Shown here: positions 29,777 through 44,113 of the stretch, piece by piece
How the letters are laid out: each line of letters begins with the position of its first letter
Position numbering within the stretch: the stretch's first letter is position 1
Assembly (NCBI GenBank): GCA_963799485.1
Contig: CAWCXJ010000007.1
Coordinates: 128,001 to 192,000 of the forward strand
Origin: an uncultured Trueperaceae bacterium
Lineage (GTDB): Bacteria; Deinococcota; Deinococci; Deinococcales; Trueperaceae
Length of the DNA: 64,000 nt
Reading direction: 5' to 3'
Notes under the pieces: model-generated
The model's database searches: none
The model's input: only the letters and a program-made list of their open reading frames with translations
Told to the model about the DNA's origin: nothing
Position numbers and translations under genes: made by a program

Positions 29777-31213
29777 TTACCGTCCTGCCAGGCGTTGCGT
29801 GACCTCGAGTACCCCGTACCACCAGCCCGGAAAAAAGCCGAGCAAAACGGTGCCGACAGCGGCGGTGGCAATCGCAATCCCGGTAAACGTACTTTTTGTA
29901 CCGATATCGCGGTATTCGGCGTCACGAAAGTACATGGTGGCGATGACGCGCACGTAGTAATACGCCGCAACGATGCTCGTCAGAATAGCGATGATGGCGA
30001 GGCTGATATAGCCGGCCTCGAGCGCAGCTTGAAATACCAGAATTTTCCCGACGAACCCCGCAAGTGGCGGAATCCCGGCTAGCGACAGCAGAAACAGCGC
30101 CAGCGCGAACGCCAGATACGGACGCGTTTTGCCGAGTCCGGCGAGGCGTTCTAAGTCGTCGCCCCGGTCGTTTTGGTCGGTCAGGAGGCTTAGCACCGCA
30201 AACGCGCCGATGTTCATAAAGGTGTAGGCCGTCAGATACCAGACAGTTGCCTGCGTCCCGCTACTGTCGGCAGCTAACAGCGCCAGCCCCAAGTAACCGG
30301 CGTGCGCGACGGCGGAGTAGGCCAGGAGCCGTTTCAGACTCGTCTGGACGAGCGCGACGAAGTTGCCGACGACGAGCGTCAGGGCGACGAGAATGGCCAG
30401 AGCTTGCAACAGCGAGGTGTTGAGGTTCGGATAGACCGTAGCGAAAATACGCAGCAGCGCGGCGAACGCAGCAGCCTTGACGACCACGCTCATAAAGGCC
30501 GTCACCGGGGTCGGCGCACCTGTGTAAACGTCCGGCGACCACTGGTGAAAAGGCGCAAACGCAGCTTTGAACGCGAGGCCGCCCAGGATAAACGCGCCGC
30601 CGAGGGTTGCCAGAGCGCCCTGCGAAAAACCGTCCGCTAGGAGCGTCTGCACGATTTCAGCGTAGGTGAAGCGTCCGGTTGCGCCGTACAGCAGCGCAAT
30701 CCCGTAAATCAAAAAGGCCGAGGCGAACGCGCCCAGAAGAAAGTACTTCATTCCGGCCTCTTCGGAGTCTCTCGAGCCCTGCCGCCACGCCGACAACACG
30801 TAGACCGGGAGAGAAAGAATCTCTAAGCCCAAAAGCAAGGTGATGAGGTCGCCCGCCGCCGCCATCACCAGGCCACCCGTAGCGCTCAGCAGCATCAGCG
30901 GGTAGTATTCGTAACCGCCCAGGTTATCTTCAACCGCGTCGAACGAGATGAGGAGCGCCAAAGCCGTCCCCAGCAAAATCAGTGCGCTGAGGCCGAGCGC
31001 GCTGTTGTCGGCGAGGTAACGCAGGCCAAACGCGCTCAGCGGTTCGGCGCGACCAAAAAGTTGTGCGTTAAACGCCAGCGCGACGAGTACCCCGGCAAGG
31101 CTCAGGTAGGCGACCGGGCGGGTACTCTTAAAGCCGATACCGAGCAGCACGCCGAGCGACGCGGTGATAACGAGTACTAGCGGAGGCGAGATCACGAGCC
31201 AGTTAATGTCCAC
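29777..31213 (-). CDS. nuoN: NADH-quinone oxidoreductase subunit N
   Basis: EAGMKYF, FKAAFAPFHQWSPDVY, KRLLAYS; start GTG 31213. Confidence 0.95.
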   Translation of the reverse strand: MDINWLVISPPLVLVITASLGVLLGIGFKSTRPVAYLSLAGVLVALAFNAQLFGRAEPLSAFGLRYLADNSALGLSALILLGTALALLISFDAVEDNLGGYEYYPLMLLSATGGLVMAAAGDLITLLLGLEILSLPVYVLSAWRQGSRDSEEAGMKYFLLGAFASAFLIYGIALLYGATGRFTYAEIVQTLLADGFSQGALATLGGAFILGGLAFKAAFAPFHQWSPDVYTGAPTPVTAFMSVVVKAAAFAALLRIFATVYPNLNTSLLQALAILVALTLVVGNFVALVQTSLKRLLAYSAVAHAGYLGLALLAADSSGTQATVWYLTAYTFMNIGAFAVLSLLTDQNDRGDDLERLAGLGKTRPYLAFALALFLLSLAGIPPLAGFVGKILVFQAALEAGYISLAIIAILTSIVAAYYYVRVIATMYFRDAEYRDIGTKSTFTGIAIATAAVGTVLLGFFPGWWYGVLEVTQRLAGR

Positions 31214-32705
31214 TTTCGCCCCCTTCGGCGGGTGCAGTCGGTTCAGGTGCAGCTTCAGGTGCAATTTCAGGGGCAGCTGAAGGTACGGACGCTCGCGCGT
31301 CGTAGGCGAGGATACGCGCGGCTTGCGTGTCGATACGGGAAAGTCCCGGTTTGGGAATAAGGCCGAACAGCAAAATCCCGATCACAAAGGGTAAGAGGGC
31401 GGTTAGCTCGAGCCCCCCCAAATCCTTGACTTTCTCCTTGGCGTCTACTTGGTAGAGCCGCTGATACATGTTGACGCCGTAAACTCCAGACGCGATAACC
31501 GCCAGCGTTGCAAACCCGCCCAACCAGGCGCTGCGCTCAAACGCCCCTAACAGGCTCATAAACTCCCCCGGAAAGTTCGACAACCCCGGTACGCCGATGC
31601 TGGCAAACAGCACAAAGAGCGTCAGCGCCGCCAGCACCGGGGCCGACTTTGCCAGACCCCCGTATTCGGAGCGGTCAAACGAACCGCGCCGCGCGTAGAG
31701 CATCCCGCTGATAAGGAACATCCCGCCCGTCGAGAGCATCTGCGCGGCGAACAGGTACATCGCGCCGTTTAAGCCGCTCAGGTAGAGCCCGAACACACCG
31801 ACCCCGACGATGCCCATGTGCGAGAGCGAGGCGTAGGCGAGCAGCCGTTTGAGGTGCGTTTGCGCCGTGGCAATGACCGCCGCGTAAACCGCCGTAAACG
31901 CGGCCAGCCCGAGCAGATAAGGCGTGACTGCTGCTGCACCCGCTGGAAAAAGCGGTAACGCGAAGGCAAAAAAGCCCCAGCCGCCGACCTTGTAGAGCGT
32001 TCCGGCGATGTCGGCGACGCCCGAGACGTGGTTTTGTTCGTGAAAGTCCGGCAGCCAGCCGTGAACGGGCCAGAGCGGAAGTTTTACGGCGAAGGCCAGC
32101 GTAAACGCCAAAAAGAGCCAAATTTGGGTGCTTGGCGGCAGAGCTTGTGTGGCCGGCATGAGGTCGGTCAGGCGAAAGCTTGTCGCACCAGACAGCGGAC
32201 GAAGCGCCAGAATTGCAACCAGCATAATGAACGACCCGGCAACCGCGTAAACGAGATACTTTACGGCGGCCTGACGGCGGCGCTCGAGCCCCCAAATCCC
32301 CAGCATCAGCACGCTCGGTATCAGGGTCGCTTCCCAGAACAGGTAAAACAGCACCACGTCTTGCGCCAAGAAGATGCCGGCAAGTCCCGCCTGCATCGCC
32401 AAGAGCAGTCCAAGAAAACGGTTGGTGTTCTCTTTAACCACGAAGCTCGCGTAAAACGTCGTGGGGAGCATGACGATGGCTGCAACTAAAACCAGCAACC
32501 CGCCGGCCCCTACCGCTGAAAGCGAAAAGTAAACACCGAAACTGCCCAGCCACGGCGTTTCATAAGGGAGGGCTTGCGGCAGGGCAATCGCCGCGAGCAG
32601 CGTAAACACCGACGTGGTGAGCGCAACCGTGCGGCCCATACCTTTGGAGACGAAAAAGAGCAAAATTGCGCCGATAAGCGGGATTAACACCGTTGCCAGC
32701 GTCAT
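31203..32705 (-). CDS. nuoM: NADH-quinone oxidoreductase subunit M
   Basis: FYLFWEA, AVKLPLWPVHGWLP, NFPGEF. Confidence 0.95.
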   Translation of the reverse strand: MTLATVLIPLIGAILLFFVSKGMGRTVALTTSVFTLLAAIALPQALPYETPWLGSFGVYFSLSAVGAGGLLVLVAAIVMLPTTFYASFVVKENTNRFLGLLLAMQAGLAGIFLAQDVVLFYLFWEATLIPSVLMLGIWGLERRRQAAVKYLVYAVAGSFIMLVAILALRPLSGATSFRLTDLMPATQALPPSTQIWLFLAFTLAFAVKLPLWPVHGWLPDFHEQNHVSGVADIAGTLYKVGGWGFFAFALPLFPAGAAAVTPYLLGLAAFTAVYAAVIATAQTHLKRLLAYASLSHMGIVGVGVFGLYLSGLNGAMYLFAAQMLSTGGMFLISGMLYARRGSFDRSEYGGLAKSAPVLAALTLFVLFASIGVPGLSNFPGEFMSLLGAFERSAWLGGFATLAVIASGVYGVNMYQRLYQVDAKEKVKDLGGLELTALLPFVIGILLFGLIPKPGLSRIDTQAARILAYDARASVPSAAPEIAPEAAPEPTAPAEGGESGH

Positions 32706-34633
32706 GCTGCGCCTCCGGTAAAGACAGCGACCAAAACGAGTACCGCCAGACCGACCAGCATCAGCAGCGCGTAGAGCCGGACAAAACCCGACTGAAGCTG
32801 CGACACCGACTTGCCGAGTTCACCAACGCTGCTGCTCGAGCCCCCCACCCGCGTATCTAAAACCTCACGGTCGACCTCACCGAAGCCCTGCGCGAGTTCT
32901 TCACCCGGACGGGTAAAGAGGGCGCGGTAAAGTGCGTCGAAGCCGAGCGCCGAAAACGACGCGGCGCGGAGACCGCCCAAAAGACCGGCGACCTGCGGCT
33001 GCTTGGCCGCCATGAAATCGGCCTTTTTGTGATAACGCAGATAGCCCAGATAAAGCCCGAGAAAAGCTGCGACTACCGAGATTAAAACGAGCAGCCATTC
33101 GACCCACAAGGCCAGGTGGCTGAAGGTAGCGGCGGTAGGGGTCTCGAGCCACGGTGCAATCAGGTTGGGAAAGGCAAACTCCGGCAAACCGATGTAGCCG
33201 GCAAAAATACTTAAAAAGGCCAAAATCAGTAGCGGTACGGTCATCACTTGCGGCGACTCGTGCAGGCGTGCCCGCGCCGCATCCGAAAACCGCTCCTCGC
33301 CGGCGAAAACCCGGTAATACCAGCGGAACATGTAAAACGCCGTCAGCACAGCAGTAAAGAGCAGAACGAGGTAGAGCCAGATATTACCGTACCCCGCAAT
33401 CAGCTCAGAGGTAAACACACGCGCCAAGATTGCATCTTTACTAAAAAAGCCCGACAGGAAAGGTACCCCTGAGATGGCCAGCACCGCAATCAGCGCAGTC
33501 GTTCCCGTAATCTTCATGTGTTTGCCGAGGCCGCCCATCTTGCGAATATCCTGTTCACCACCGAGCGCGTGAATGACCGAGCCCGACCCTAAAAAGAGCA
33601 GCGCCTTAAAGAAGGCGTGCGTCAAAACGTGAAAGATAGCGACCCAGTACGCCCCCACGCCGACCGCCGCAAACATAAAGCCGAGCTGCGAAATCGTCGA
33701 GTACGCCAGGATTTTTTTGATGTCTTGCTGCGTCAGCGCAGCGAACGCAGCGACGAGCGCGGTAATCCCCCCAACCCAGGCGACGACCGCCGAGGCGTCC
33801 GGGGTACTAGCGAAAAGTGGCGCAGTCCGGGCAATCAGGTAAACCCCGGCTGTAACCATCGTCGCGGCGTGAATGAGCGCCGAAACCGGCGTCGGCCCCG
33901 CCATTGCGTCGGGGAGCCAAGTTTGCAGCGGCAGCTGCGCCGATTTGCCGCACGCTGCAAGTAAGTAGAGCAGACCTAAAACCGTGACAACCGCCGAACC
34001 TGCCAGGAGCGGCGCGGCAGCGTTGACCTCGGCGATGTCGAGCGTTCCAAAGGTCTTGACCGTCAAGAACATACCCAGCAAAAAGCCGACGTCGCCGATG
34101 CGGTTGACGATAAACGCTTTGCGGGCAGCGTCGGCATTTTCCTTGATGGCGTACCAGAAGCCAATCAGCAGATACGAGCAGACCCCGACGCCTTCCCAAC
34201 CGATAAACATCAGAAAGAACGAGTCGGCCATGACCAGAACCAGCATTGCGGCGATAAACAGGTTGAGCGCCGAGAAGTAGCGGCTGAAGCCGGGGTCGCG
34301 GTGCATGTAGCTCGCGGAATAGACGTGAATCAGGAGCCCGACCCCGGTGATAATCAGCATCAAGGTAATGCTCAAGGGGTCGATGACGAAGCCTAAGTCG
34401 AGGCTGAACGGGCCACCCTCCAAGTACCCCCAGAGCGGAATCCGCGCTGTGCGCTCGGGGTAGGCGAAAAGTCCAAAAAAGGCCAGCACGGAGAGGACAA
34501 AGCCCGTACCGACCGCCGTTGCTGCGATGATACCCGGCAACGGTTCACGCAGACGTTTACCAAATACTCCGTTAATGAGTGCGCCTAGCAAAGCGACAAA
34601 AGGCGCAGCTGCAGCTAAGGTGACGACCGTCAT
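32702..34633 (-). CDS. nuoL: NADH-quinone oxidoreductase subunit L
   Basis: [32 protein letters not shown]. Confidence 0.97.
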   Translation of the reverse strand: MTVVTLAAAAPFVALLGALINGVFGKRLREPLPGIIAATAVGTGFVLSVLAFFGLFAYPERTARIPLWGYLEGGPFSLDLGFVIDPLSITLMLIITGVGLLIHVYSASYMHRDPGFSRYFSALNLFIAAMLVLVMADSFFLMFIGWEGVGVCSYLLIGFWYAIKENADAARKAFIVNRIGDVGFLLGMFLTVKTFGTLDIAEVNAAAPLLAGSAVVTVLGLLYLLAACGKSAQLPLQTWLPDAMAGPTPVSALIHAATMVTAGVYLIARTAPLFASTPDASAVVAWVGGITALVAAFAALTQQDIKKILAYSTISQLGFMFAAVGVGAYWVAIFHVLTHAFFKALLFLGSGSVIHALGGEQDIRKMGGLGKHMKITGTTALIAVLAISGVPFLSGFFSKDAILARVFTSELIAGYGNIWLYLVLLFTAVLTAFYMFRWYYRVFAGEERFSDAARARLHESPQVMTVPLLILAFLSIFAGYIGLPEFAFPNLIAPWLETPTAATFSHLALWVEWLLVLISVVAAFLGLYLGYLRYHKKADFMAAKQPQVAGLLGGLRAASFSALGFDALYRALFTRPGEELAQGFGEVDREVLDTRVGGSSSSVGELGKSVSQLQSGFVRLYALLMLVGLAVLVLVAVFTGGAA

Positions 34634-34962
34634 CGGTTCGCCACCGAAAGCGCGTCAACGTCGGCAGAGTGCCGGTAGCGGAAAATGGCGACGAGGATGC
34701 CCAAACCAACGGCAACTTCAGCGGCGGCGACGGCCAGGATGATAAATACCGCAACTTGTCCCGAAAGCGCAACAGCGGCTCCAGACGCGGCCCACCCCCT
34801 GGCAAACGCAACCAGCGCCAGATTAGCTGCGTTTAGCATCAGCTCGACCGACAAAAAGATCATAATTGCGCTGCGGCGCGTCAACACGCCGACCGCACCG
34901 ATCACGAAGATAAGCGAGCTGAGCGCGACGTAGTATTCGGTAGGCACGGGGCCGCTAAGCAT
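34630..34962 (-). CDS. nuoK: NADH-quinone oxidoreductase subunit K
   Basis: [21 protein letters not shown]. Confidence 0.95.
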   Translation of the reverse strand: MLSGPVPTEYYVALSSLIFVIGAVGVLTRRSAIMIFLSVELMLNAANLALVAFARGWAASGAAVALSGQVAVFIILAVAAAEVAVGLGILVAIFRYRHSADVDALSVANR

Positions 34963-35518
34963 GGGTCAGCTCCCTCTCGCGGGGTTCGGATTGCGCCGTC
35001 TCCTGAGCGCGGTCTTTTGGCACGGCGCGGCGCTCGACGAGGCTGACTGCCGCGATAATGCCGGTTAAGAGCAGCACCCCGACAAGCTGAAAGGCCAAGA
35101 CGAATTGGCTGAAAAGAACCTCGCCTAAAACGTTGGCGTTACCACCCTGCAACGCTGCATCTACGACAAGAGCGTCCGGCAACGGGGTACGACCGATAAA
35201 CGCGGCAGCGATGAGCCCACCCGCAGCGATAGCACCGACGATGTACGCCGTAGGTGTCACCCAGCGCAGGCGTTTGGCCCGTTCGTCGCCTTGGGCATTT
35301 AAGAGCATGATGACGAACAAAAATAGCACCGTGATCGCGCCTGCATAGACGATAACCTGCACCGCTGCCAAAAAGTGCGCCTGCAGGGTTACGTAGGTCG
35401 TTGCAACCGTTAGGAGCGTCCCGACCAGCGAGAGCGCAGCGTGAACGGGCTGACGCAGGGTTATAACCCCGAGCGCACCGACAATCATCACGGCGGCAAG
35501 AAGCGCAAACATCACCAT
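34955..35518 (-). CDS. nuoJ: NADH-quinone oxidoreductase subunit J
   Basis: [20 protein letters not shown]; start ATG 35518. Confidence 0.94.
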   Translation of the reverse strand: MVMFALLAAVMIVGALGVITLRQPVHAALSLVGTLLTVATTYVTLQAHFLAAVQVIVYAGAITVLFLFVIMLLNAQGDERAKRLRWVTPTAYIVGAIAAGGLIAAAFIGRTPLPDALVVDAALQGGNANVLGEVLFSQFVLAFQLVGVLLLTGIIAAVSLVERRAVPKDRAQETAQSEPRERELTHA

Positions 35519-35570
35519 AAAATGGGCTCCGCCGGGGAGGCGATAACGAGCATCCGAAACTCGTAACACA

Positions 35571-36095
35571 TTAGTATTCGACCCCCTCGAGTTCAGGTCT
35601 ATGCGCCGCCTTAAAGCCGAGCCCAACGTCTTCGCCCAGTTTTTCCGCCTCGCGCCGTTGCCACTTCGAGCCGACCGTCCCGACGAGCATGTCGTCTTTG
35701 CCGTAGGTAAAATCTTTGTACTTAAAGTCGGCCAACTCAAACTCGTGCCCTAAAACGACCGCGCCTGTGGGACACGCCTCTTCACAAAAGCCGCAAAAGA
35801 TACAGCGCAGCATGTTGATTTCATAAATCTTGGCGTAGCGCTCCCCCGGTGAAGTTGGATGTTCCGGGTCGTTTTCCGCCGCCTCGACGTAGATCGCGTA
35901 AGACGGACACGCCGCTGCACATAACGAGCAGCCGATACATTTTTCCAACCCGTTCGGATGCCGTAAAAGATGATGACGCCCGCGAAAACGCGCCTTGATG
36001 TCGGCTTTTTGTTCCGGATACGAGACCGTTACCGGCTTTTTGAACAGGTGCGAGAGCGTCACCCCCATCCCCTTGGCAATATCTAAAACACTCAT
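35571..36095 (-). CDS. nuoI: NADH-quinone oxidoreductase subunit I
   Basis: [12 protein letters not shown] and [12 protein letters not shown]. Confidence 0.97.
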   Translation of the reverse strand: MSVLDIAKGMGVTLSHLFKKPVTVSYPEQKADIKARFRGRHHLLRHPNGLEKCIGCSLCAAACPSYAIYVEAAENDPEHPTSPGERYAKIYEINMLRCIFCGFCEEACPTGAVVLGHEFELADFKYKDFTYGKDDMLVGTVGSKWQRREAEKLGEDVGLGFKAAHRPELEGVEY

Positions 36096-36604
36096 ACGCT
36101 CTCCTTTTCGATTTGAACGGTGTCGCTTTGAATGGGGTCACCGGTGTTAATTTTACCGCTGGACACGATGCCTGCGCGAAGTCCCGCCTGATGCACCATC
36201 TTCAGTACGTCCCGGTGAACGATGGTCGCAAGGTGATTGCAGGGTTCACACAGCCGGGTGCCCTCGAGGGTTACGTCGCCGACTTTGAACGTTTTACCGA
36301 CCAACGTGTTCAAGCTGACGCCCCTGGTCAAGATGTTGCGGCGAAAGGCGTGAGGGGAAAGTTCTACCTCACCCCGCGCATTAAACGCTTCGATCATCTC
36401 GGACTCGATCAGTGTCACCTCATAAGAGGGCGCTTCGACCGTTTTTGAAAAGGTGCCCCTACCATCAAAGTAGCGGTCGCCCTTTAAGCCCTTACCGGCA
36501 ACGGCTGCTACCGAACGAACCTCGGTCATCGGCGCTTCGGCTTCAGGCGCGACAAAGATAGAAACGACAGAGGACGTATCATTAAAGGACAAGTTAGAGG
36601 ACAA
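36092..36604 (-). CDS. MOSC-domain protein embedded in the nuo operon
   Basis: [45 protein letters not shown] overlap with nuoI. Confidence 0.85.
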   Translation of the reverse strand: MSSNLSFNDTSSVVSIFVAPEAEAPMTEVRSVAAVAGKGLKGDRYFDGRGTFSKTVEAPSYEVTLIESEMIEAFNARGEVELSPHAFRRNILTRGVSLNTLVGKTFKVGDVTLEGTRLCEPCNHLATIVHRDVLKMVHQAGLRAGIVSSGKINTGDPIQSDTVQIEKESV

Positions 36605-37606
36605 ACGCGATCACCGCCCCCGTAATGAGCGCACTAAAAAGCGCAATCTCGAAAAGCCAAATCCAACCGAACCGCATTAGCTGATCGTAACGAAACCGGG
36701 GCAGCGTGGCGCGCAGCCAGATGAACAGAAACATAAAAATCGCCATCTTGAGAAGCAACCAGATAAAGGGCCACTCGGACACGCCCGGAATCACCGCGTC
36801 CAAAAACCCCGGCCCGCGCCAGCCGCCCAAAAAGAGCGTGCTGATAAACGCCGCCGCCGTCATCATGTTGACGTATTCCGCCATCTGAAAGAGCGCCCAC
36901 TTGATAGACGAGTATTCGGTCAAGTAGCCCGCGACGATCTCTTGCTCGGCTTCAGGCAAATCAAACGGCGTGCGGTTGACTTCGGCCACCGACGAAATGA
37001 CGTAGGTGACAAACGACACTGCGAGCGGGAGCCAGAGCAGCGGACTCAGCGACCAGACGCCGAAGTCAACGATTTCGCGCAGGTTGAGCGTGCCGGCAAT
37101 CAGGATAATCGTCAGCGCGGAGAGACCCAGACCCAGCTCATACGAAATCATCTGCGCCGACGAGCGCAGGCCGCCCAGGAGCGAGTATTTACTGTTCGAC
37201 GACCAGCCCGCCAAAAAAATCCCGTAAACGCCGATGCTTGTTGCCGCAAACACGTATAAAAGCCCGATGTCGAGGTCGACAATCCACGGGTTCAGGCCGA
37301 ACAAGCTACCCGCCGGACCAGCCGGAATCGCGCCGAACGCCGAGAGCGCAAAGAGGATACTGACAAACGGCGCTAGAAAGTAGACGAAACGGTCCGAGGC
37401 CGAAACCACGATGTCTTCTTTGAAAATGGACTTGATGGCGTCGGCGATGGGTTGCAAAAGTCCAAAGGGGCCGACGCGGTTGGGGCCGTAGCGGTGCTGC
37501 ATCCGGCCCAGGATTTTACGCTCAATCACGGTCATGTAGGCGAACGCGCCGAGGAGCACGGCGCACAAGACGAGCGCCTTGACGAAAGTGACGATAAACC
37601 CGTCTA

Positions 37607-37610
<4 letters not shown>
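36594..37610 (-). CDS. nuoH: NADH-quinone oxidoreductase subunit H
   Basis: [38 protein letters not shown]. Confidence 0.97.
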
Positions 37611-39979
<2,369 letters not shown>

Positions 39980-40015
39980 ATGCGTGTCCTCGTTGGCCCA
40001 TTTCTATTTGGCGTT

Positions 40016-41356
40016 TCATTCGGCCCACCAGTCCGACTTCTGATATCGCGAGTGACCGTGTTCGATCAGGTATTCGTATTCGTCGCGAAAGTGCTTGAAG
40101 CTCGACTGCACCGGCATCACGCACGAATCTGCCAACAGGCAAAAAGCCGTGCCGCGCATGTTTTTGAGCATCCCTTCGATCAGCTCCAAGTCGCCGGGTT
40201 CACCGTAACCCGACAGCAGTTTTTTGAACATCTTCGGCAACCAGGTCGAAACCCCTTCGCGGCACGGCGTGCATTTACCGCACGACTCGTGCGCGTAAAA
40301 CCGCACCACGTTGTACATCGCGTCGACCATGCACTTTTCTTTCGGGATGAGGATGACGCCGCCCGTGCCCAGCATCGAGCCTTTTTTAGCGACCGACCCG
40401 TAGTCCATCGGCGTATCGAGCGTATCGTCGTCGAAAGGCAACATCGGCGCGGAAGAGCCACCCGGGATTAGCGCTTTAATCTCTTCGGTCGGACCGCCGC
40501 CGAGGTCGTAGAGCAGCTCGCGGAAGGTCGCGCCGATAGGCAGCTCGTACACACCGGGCCGCGCAACCGGGCCGCTGATCTGAAAGAGCTTGATGCCCTT
40601 CGAGTCTTCTGTACCCATCGACGAATACCACTCGGCCCCCTTATTGATGATGTGAACGACGTTGACGAGGCTTTCGACGTTGTTGATGGTCGTCGGCAAG
40701 CCGTAAACGCCCGCTTGCGCCGGAAATGGCGGTTTGAGGCGTGGATTGGCCCGCAACCCTTCAAACGAGTTCATCAGCGCAGTTTCTTCACCGCAGATAT
40801 ATGCGCCCGCGCCTCGGTGCAAAATTATGTCGAAGTCGAATCCCGAATCGAAGATATTTTTGCCGAGATACCCTGCTCCGCGCGCATCGATGACGGCTTG
40901 CTGAAGGTGTTCGTAAGCGGTGTAGTATTCGCCGCGAATATAGATGACGCCGATGGTCGCCTCGATCGCGTAGCAACCGATCAGTAGCCCTTCGATAAGC
41001 TGGTGCGGGTCGTCCTCCAAGAGGTAGCGGTCTTTGAACGACCCCGGCTCCGACTCGTCGGCGTTGCAGACCAAAAAGCGCTGCCGCCCGTCGGGTTTGG
41101 GCATAAACGACCACTTGAGGCCGGTCGGAAAACCCGCGCCGCCGCGTCCGCGCAGACCCGACTTTTTAACCTCTTCGACGACTTCAGCGGGCTTCATCGT
41201 CGTCACAGCTTTTTTTGCCGCCTCGTAGCCGCCACGCTCCAAGTACGTGCTGAGCTTGTGCGAGTCTTTGACCCCGGCGTATCTGTAAAGCGTGACCTCG
41301 AAACGCGGGTCTTTACGCGAGTTAATCAGCTGTGGTTTTTCGGCAACGGTTGTCAT
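40016..41356 (-). CDS. nuoF: NADH-quinone oxidoreductase subunit F
   Basis: [38 protein letters not shown]. Confidence 0.97.
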   Translation of the reverse strand: MTTVAEKPQLINSRKDPRFEVTLYRYAGVKDSHKLSTYLERGGYEAAKKAVTTMKPAEVVEEVKKSGLRGRGGAGFPTGLKWSFMPKPDGRQRFLVCNADESEPGSFKDRYLLEDDPHQLIEGLLIGCYAIEATIGVIYIRGEYYTAYEHLQQAVIDARGAGYLGKNIFDSGFDFDIILHRGAGAYICGEETALMNSFEGLRANPRLKPPFPAQAGVYGLPTTINNVESLVNVVHIINKGAEWYSSMGTEDSKGIKLFQISGPVARPGVYELPIGATFRELLYDLGGGPTEEIKALIPGGSSAPMLPFDDDTLDTPMDYGSVAKKGSMLGTGGVILIPKEKCMVDAMYNVVRFYAHESCGKCTPCREGVSTWLPKMFKKLLSGYGEPGDLELIEGMLKNMRGTAFCLLADSCVMPVQSSFKHFRDEYEYLIEHGHSRYQKSDWWAE

Positions 41357-41370
41357 AGAAAACCCCTAAA

Positions 41371-41443
41371 AGCAGTGGGCAACGAGCAATGAGCAACGAG
41401 AGGTAAGGCGCTACTCATGGCTCACCGCTTTCTGCTCATTGCT
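41371..41443 (-). repeat. Inverted arrays of degenerate 7-mers (AGCANNG-type) spanning the nuoE stop
   Basis: Plus strand AGCAGTG GGCAACG AGCAATG AGCAACG (41371-41398); minus strand AGCAATG AGCAGAA AGCGGTG AGCCATG (41443-41416). Confidence 0.7.
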
Positions 41444-42004
41444 GATATCTGGCTTTTCGGCCCCTGCGTTGTCACCGCCGCGTTCTCGCGGGACTTCGGG
41501 CATCTCACCACCTCGGAGCGTGTCCAAAATCTGCCGACACCGCGACCGCGACACCCGCTCGTAGTAGGTATCATTGACCTGTAAAACCGGCGCGGTCCCG
41601 CATGAACCCAGGCATTCAACCTTTTGCAGGCTGAAAAGGCCCAGGCCGTCGGTTTCACCATTCACCAGCCCCGTCTCCTCGGAGATAAAGTCGTACATCT
41701 CGTCGGAACCCGCGAGCGAACACGAAAGCGTCGAGCAGATTTGCAAATGATATTGTCCCACTGGCTGTTCGTGGTAGGTCGAATAAAAAGTCATGACGCC
41801 CTTGACCTCGGTCGCGTGCATGTCCAGAATCTGCGCGATCTCTTCGACATGCGCTTCGCTGATGTGCTTTTCAGCGTTTTGGACGGCCCACAAGAGCGGC
41901 ATAATGGCGCTGCGCCGACCGTAGTCGGGGTAGCGACCTAAAATTTCGCTCAGCAGGTCTTGTTTATCGGAGAAAAACCCCTGAATGGTCTCGAGTTCAA
42001 TCAT
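41411..42004 (-). CDS. nuoE: NADH-quinone oxidoreductase subunit E
   Basis: CSTLSC, ECLGSCGTAP. Confidence 0.96.
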   Translation of the reverse strand: MIELETIQGFFSDKQDLLSEILGRYPDYGRRSAIMPLLWAVQNAEKHISEAHVEEIAQILDMHATEVKGVMTFYSTYHEQPVGQYHLQICSTLSCSLAGSDEMYDFISEETGLVNGETDGLGLFSLQKVECLGSCGTAPVLQVNDTYYERVSRSRCRQILDTLRGGEMPEVPRERGGDNAGAEKPDISNEQKAVSHE

Positions 42005-42246
42005 TTAGGCTCCGGCATTTCATCGGCAATTTTGCGGCTGTCTTTACGAACGGCGTTGAGCCCGAAAGCGACTGCAACCGCGATCACAACGCCGACGCCT
42101 ATAGCAAAGAGCCAACGGTCGAGCAGCAGTCCAAAAAGCAGCGCAAAGGCCAGACCAATACCCAGACCAGCTAACAGCGCCGTAAGCTGATTGGTACGCT
42201 TCTGCTTCTGCCGCGCTTTCTCTCTCTCCGGGTGTTCGTAGCTCAT
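42001..42246 (-). CDS. Small 2-TM hypothetical protein between nuoD and nuoE
   Basis: ATGA overlaps with both nuoD and nuoE; two hydrophobic helices. Confidence 0.8.
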   Translation of the reverse strand: MSYEHPEREKARQKQKRTNQLTALLAGLGIGLAFALLFGLLLDRWLFAIGVGVVIAVAVAFGLNAVRKDSRKIADEMPEPK

Positions 42247-43484
42247 TTGTCAACGTCCCCCAAAACCGGGTCGAGCGTGGCGATGTTGATGACCATATCA
42301 GCGAACAGACCACCGACGCAGGCGGGCTCGAGGCTCTGCAAATTAATCAAACTCGGTACCCGCACCTTGACGCGGTAGGGCATCGAACCGCCGTCTGACA
42401 CGAGGTAATAGCCCAGCTCTCCCCTAGCGCTTTCAGTCGGCACGTAAACTTCGCCGCGCGGCGGGTGAAACCCTTCTGTTACCAGTTTGAAGTGGAAGAT
42501 CACCGCTTCCATCGAGGTTTCCAGCTCACTACGCGGCGGCAGTGAAATCCGGCGGTCGGGGTCGCTGATGGGGCCGGGCTCGAGCTTATCCAGCGCCTGC
42601 GCGACAATCTTGAGGCTCTCTTCCATCTCAAAAAACCGCATCATAAAGCGCGTGTAAGCGTCGCCCACGTCGCTTGTCGGAACATCAAAATCGTAATCTT
42701 CATACGAGCTGTAAGGCTGCGCTTTGCGAAAGTCGAGCGGGACACCCGACGCCCGTAAACTCGGCCCGGTCAGGCCGTAATCGAGGGCGCGCGCTTTGGA
42801 GATGTGCCCGACGCCTTTTGTCCGGTTGACGAAGATGTCGTTTTTACGGAACATCGCCGCGTACTGCTTGAGCATGTCCGGAAACAGCTTGATAAACGCT
42901 CGGGTCGCCTCTTCAAACCCTTCGGGTAAGTCACGTGACAAACCGCCGACGCGGAAGTAGCCGTAATTCATCCGCACGCCGCAAACCATCTCGAACAGGT
43001 CTAAAATCTTTTCGCGTTCGCGCATGGTGTAAAAAAACGGCGTCAGCGCCCCCATGTCGAGGATGCCGGTACCGAAGAAAACCAGGTGGCTGGCAATGCG
43101 GTTGAGTTCGTTTAGGATGACGCGAATCCGCTGCGCCCGAATCGGTACTTGTGCCCCGATCAGCTTCTCGGCTGACAAAACATACGCCAGGTCGTGCGCG
43201 AAACCGTGCAGGTAATCCATTCGGTTCGAGTAGGTAACGCCCTGCTGATAGGTGCGGTTTTCCATCGTCTTTTCAAAGCCGCTGTGTAAGTAGCCGATCT
43301 GCGGGACGATTTTGGCGACGCGCTCACCGTCTAGGTCAACGACGAGGCGCAGGACGCCGTGCGTCGAAGGGTGCTGCGGCCCGACGTTGAGCCGCATGTA
43401 TTTGGTTTGAAAATCTTGTCCGCCCGGTGCGGGCACGTCTTGTTCGGTAACGCCCGGAACCGCACCTGCTTGTCCAATCGTCAT
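42243..43484 (-). CDS. nuoD: NADH-quinone oxidoreductase subunit D
   Basis: [30 protein letters not shown]. Confidence 0.97.
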   Translation of the reverse strand: MTIGQAGAVPGVTEQDVPAPGGQDFQTKYMRLNVGPQHPSTHGVLRLVVDLDGERVAKIVPQIGYLHSGFEKTMENRTYQQGVTYSNRMDYLHGFAHDLAYVLSAEKLIGAQVPIRAQRIRVILNELNRIASHLVFFGTGILDMGALTPFFYTMREREKILDLFEMVCGVRMNYGYFRVGGLSRDLPEGFEEATRAFIKLFPDMLKQYAAMFRKNDIFVNRTKGVGHISKARALDYGLTGPSLRASGVPLDFRKAQPYSSYEDYDFDVPTSDVGDAYTRFMMRFFEMEESLKIVAQALDKLEPGPISDPDRRISLPPRSELETSMEAVIFHFKLVTEGFHPPRGEVYVPTESARGELGYYLVSDGGSMPYRVKVRVPSLINLQSLEPACVGGLFADMVINIATLDPVLGDVDK

Positions 43485-44113
43485 CGTCCCCCCTCCCCCG
43501 TCGTTTCGTGGATGTCCGGGTCGGTTTTGACCTCGGTACCGCCCGGTACCTGACTGCTGACGCCTTTGCGGGCACCGCCGCGCCAGCCCGACAACCCCGA
43601 GGCTTGCCCGCTCATCCCGGCCCGAAACGCTTCCGGGTCGAGAAAACGCCCGTCGTTAAAAAGCGTCGGCGTTTCACCCAAAGGAAAATCTTTACGGTGC
43701 GGATGCCCGTCTAGGTCTTCTGGTGTGATGAGTTTACGGAGGTCGGGGTGGCCCTCAAACTCGACGCCGAACATGTCGTAAACCTCGCGCTCCATAAAGC
43801 TCGAGCCCTGCCAAAGCCCCGTAACCGTCGGCAGCGCTTCGCCGTCGTCAACGTTCACCCGGATGAATAACCGCTCGTTATGCGCCACGCTGTAGAGGTT
43901 GTACGACACCGTAAAACGCTTGCCCTGATGCCCCGGATAGCTCAGATAATCAGTGCCGAACACGTCCGAAATCATCTCGAAGCCCTGCTTTTTCGCCTCG
44001 GCGATAGCATCCACGAGTTCGGACTTGTCTACGGTGACGCTGACCATATCCTTGAACTGCGCGGGTTTGCCGCCCCTTGCTTTGAGCTTGTCGACGGTCT
44101 GCTCTAGGGCCAT
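43481..44113 (-). CDS. nuoC: NADH-quinone oxidoreductase subunit C
   Basis: [29 protein letters not shown]. Confidence 0.95.
   Translation of the reverse strand: MALEQTVDKLKARGGKPAQFKDMVSVTVDKSELVDAIAEAKKQGFEMISDVFGTDYLSYPGHQGKRFTVSYNLYSVAHNERLFIRVNVDDGEALPTVTGLWQGSSFMEREVYDMFGVEFEGHPDLRKLITPEDLDGHPHRKDFPLGETPTLFNDGRFLDPEAFRAGMSGQASGLSGWRGGARKGVSSQVPGGTEVKTDPDIHETTGEGGR

Noticed and set aside
31243..31280. 12-bp repeats in the nuoM 3' end (also the rpsF RSEP tail and the foldase SGGA repeats)
   Set aside because: In-frame low-complexity linker or tail expansions with no evidence of a separate function
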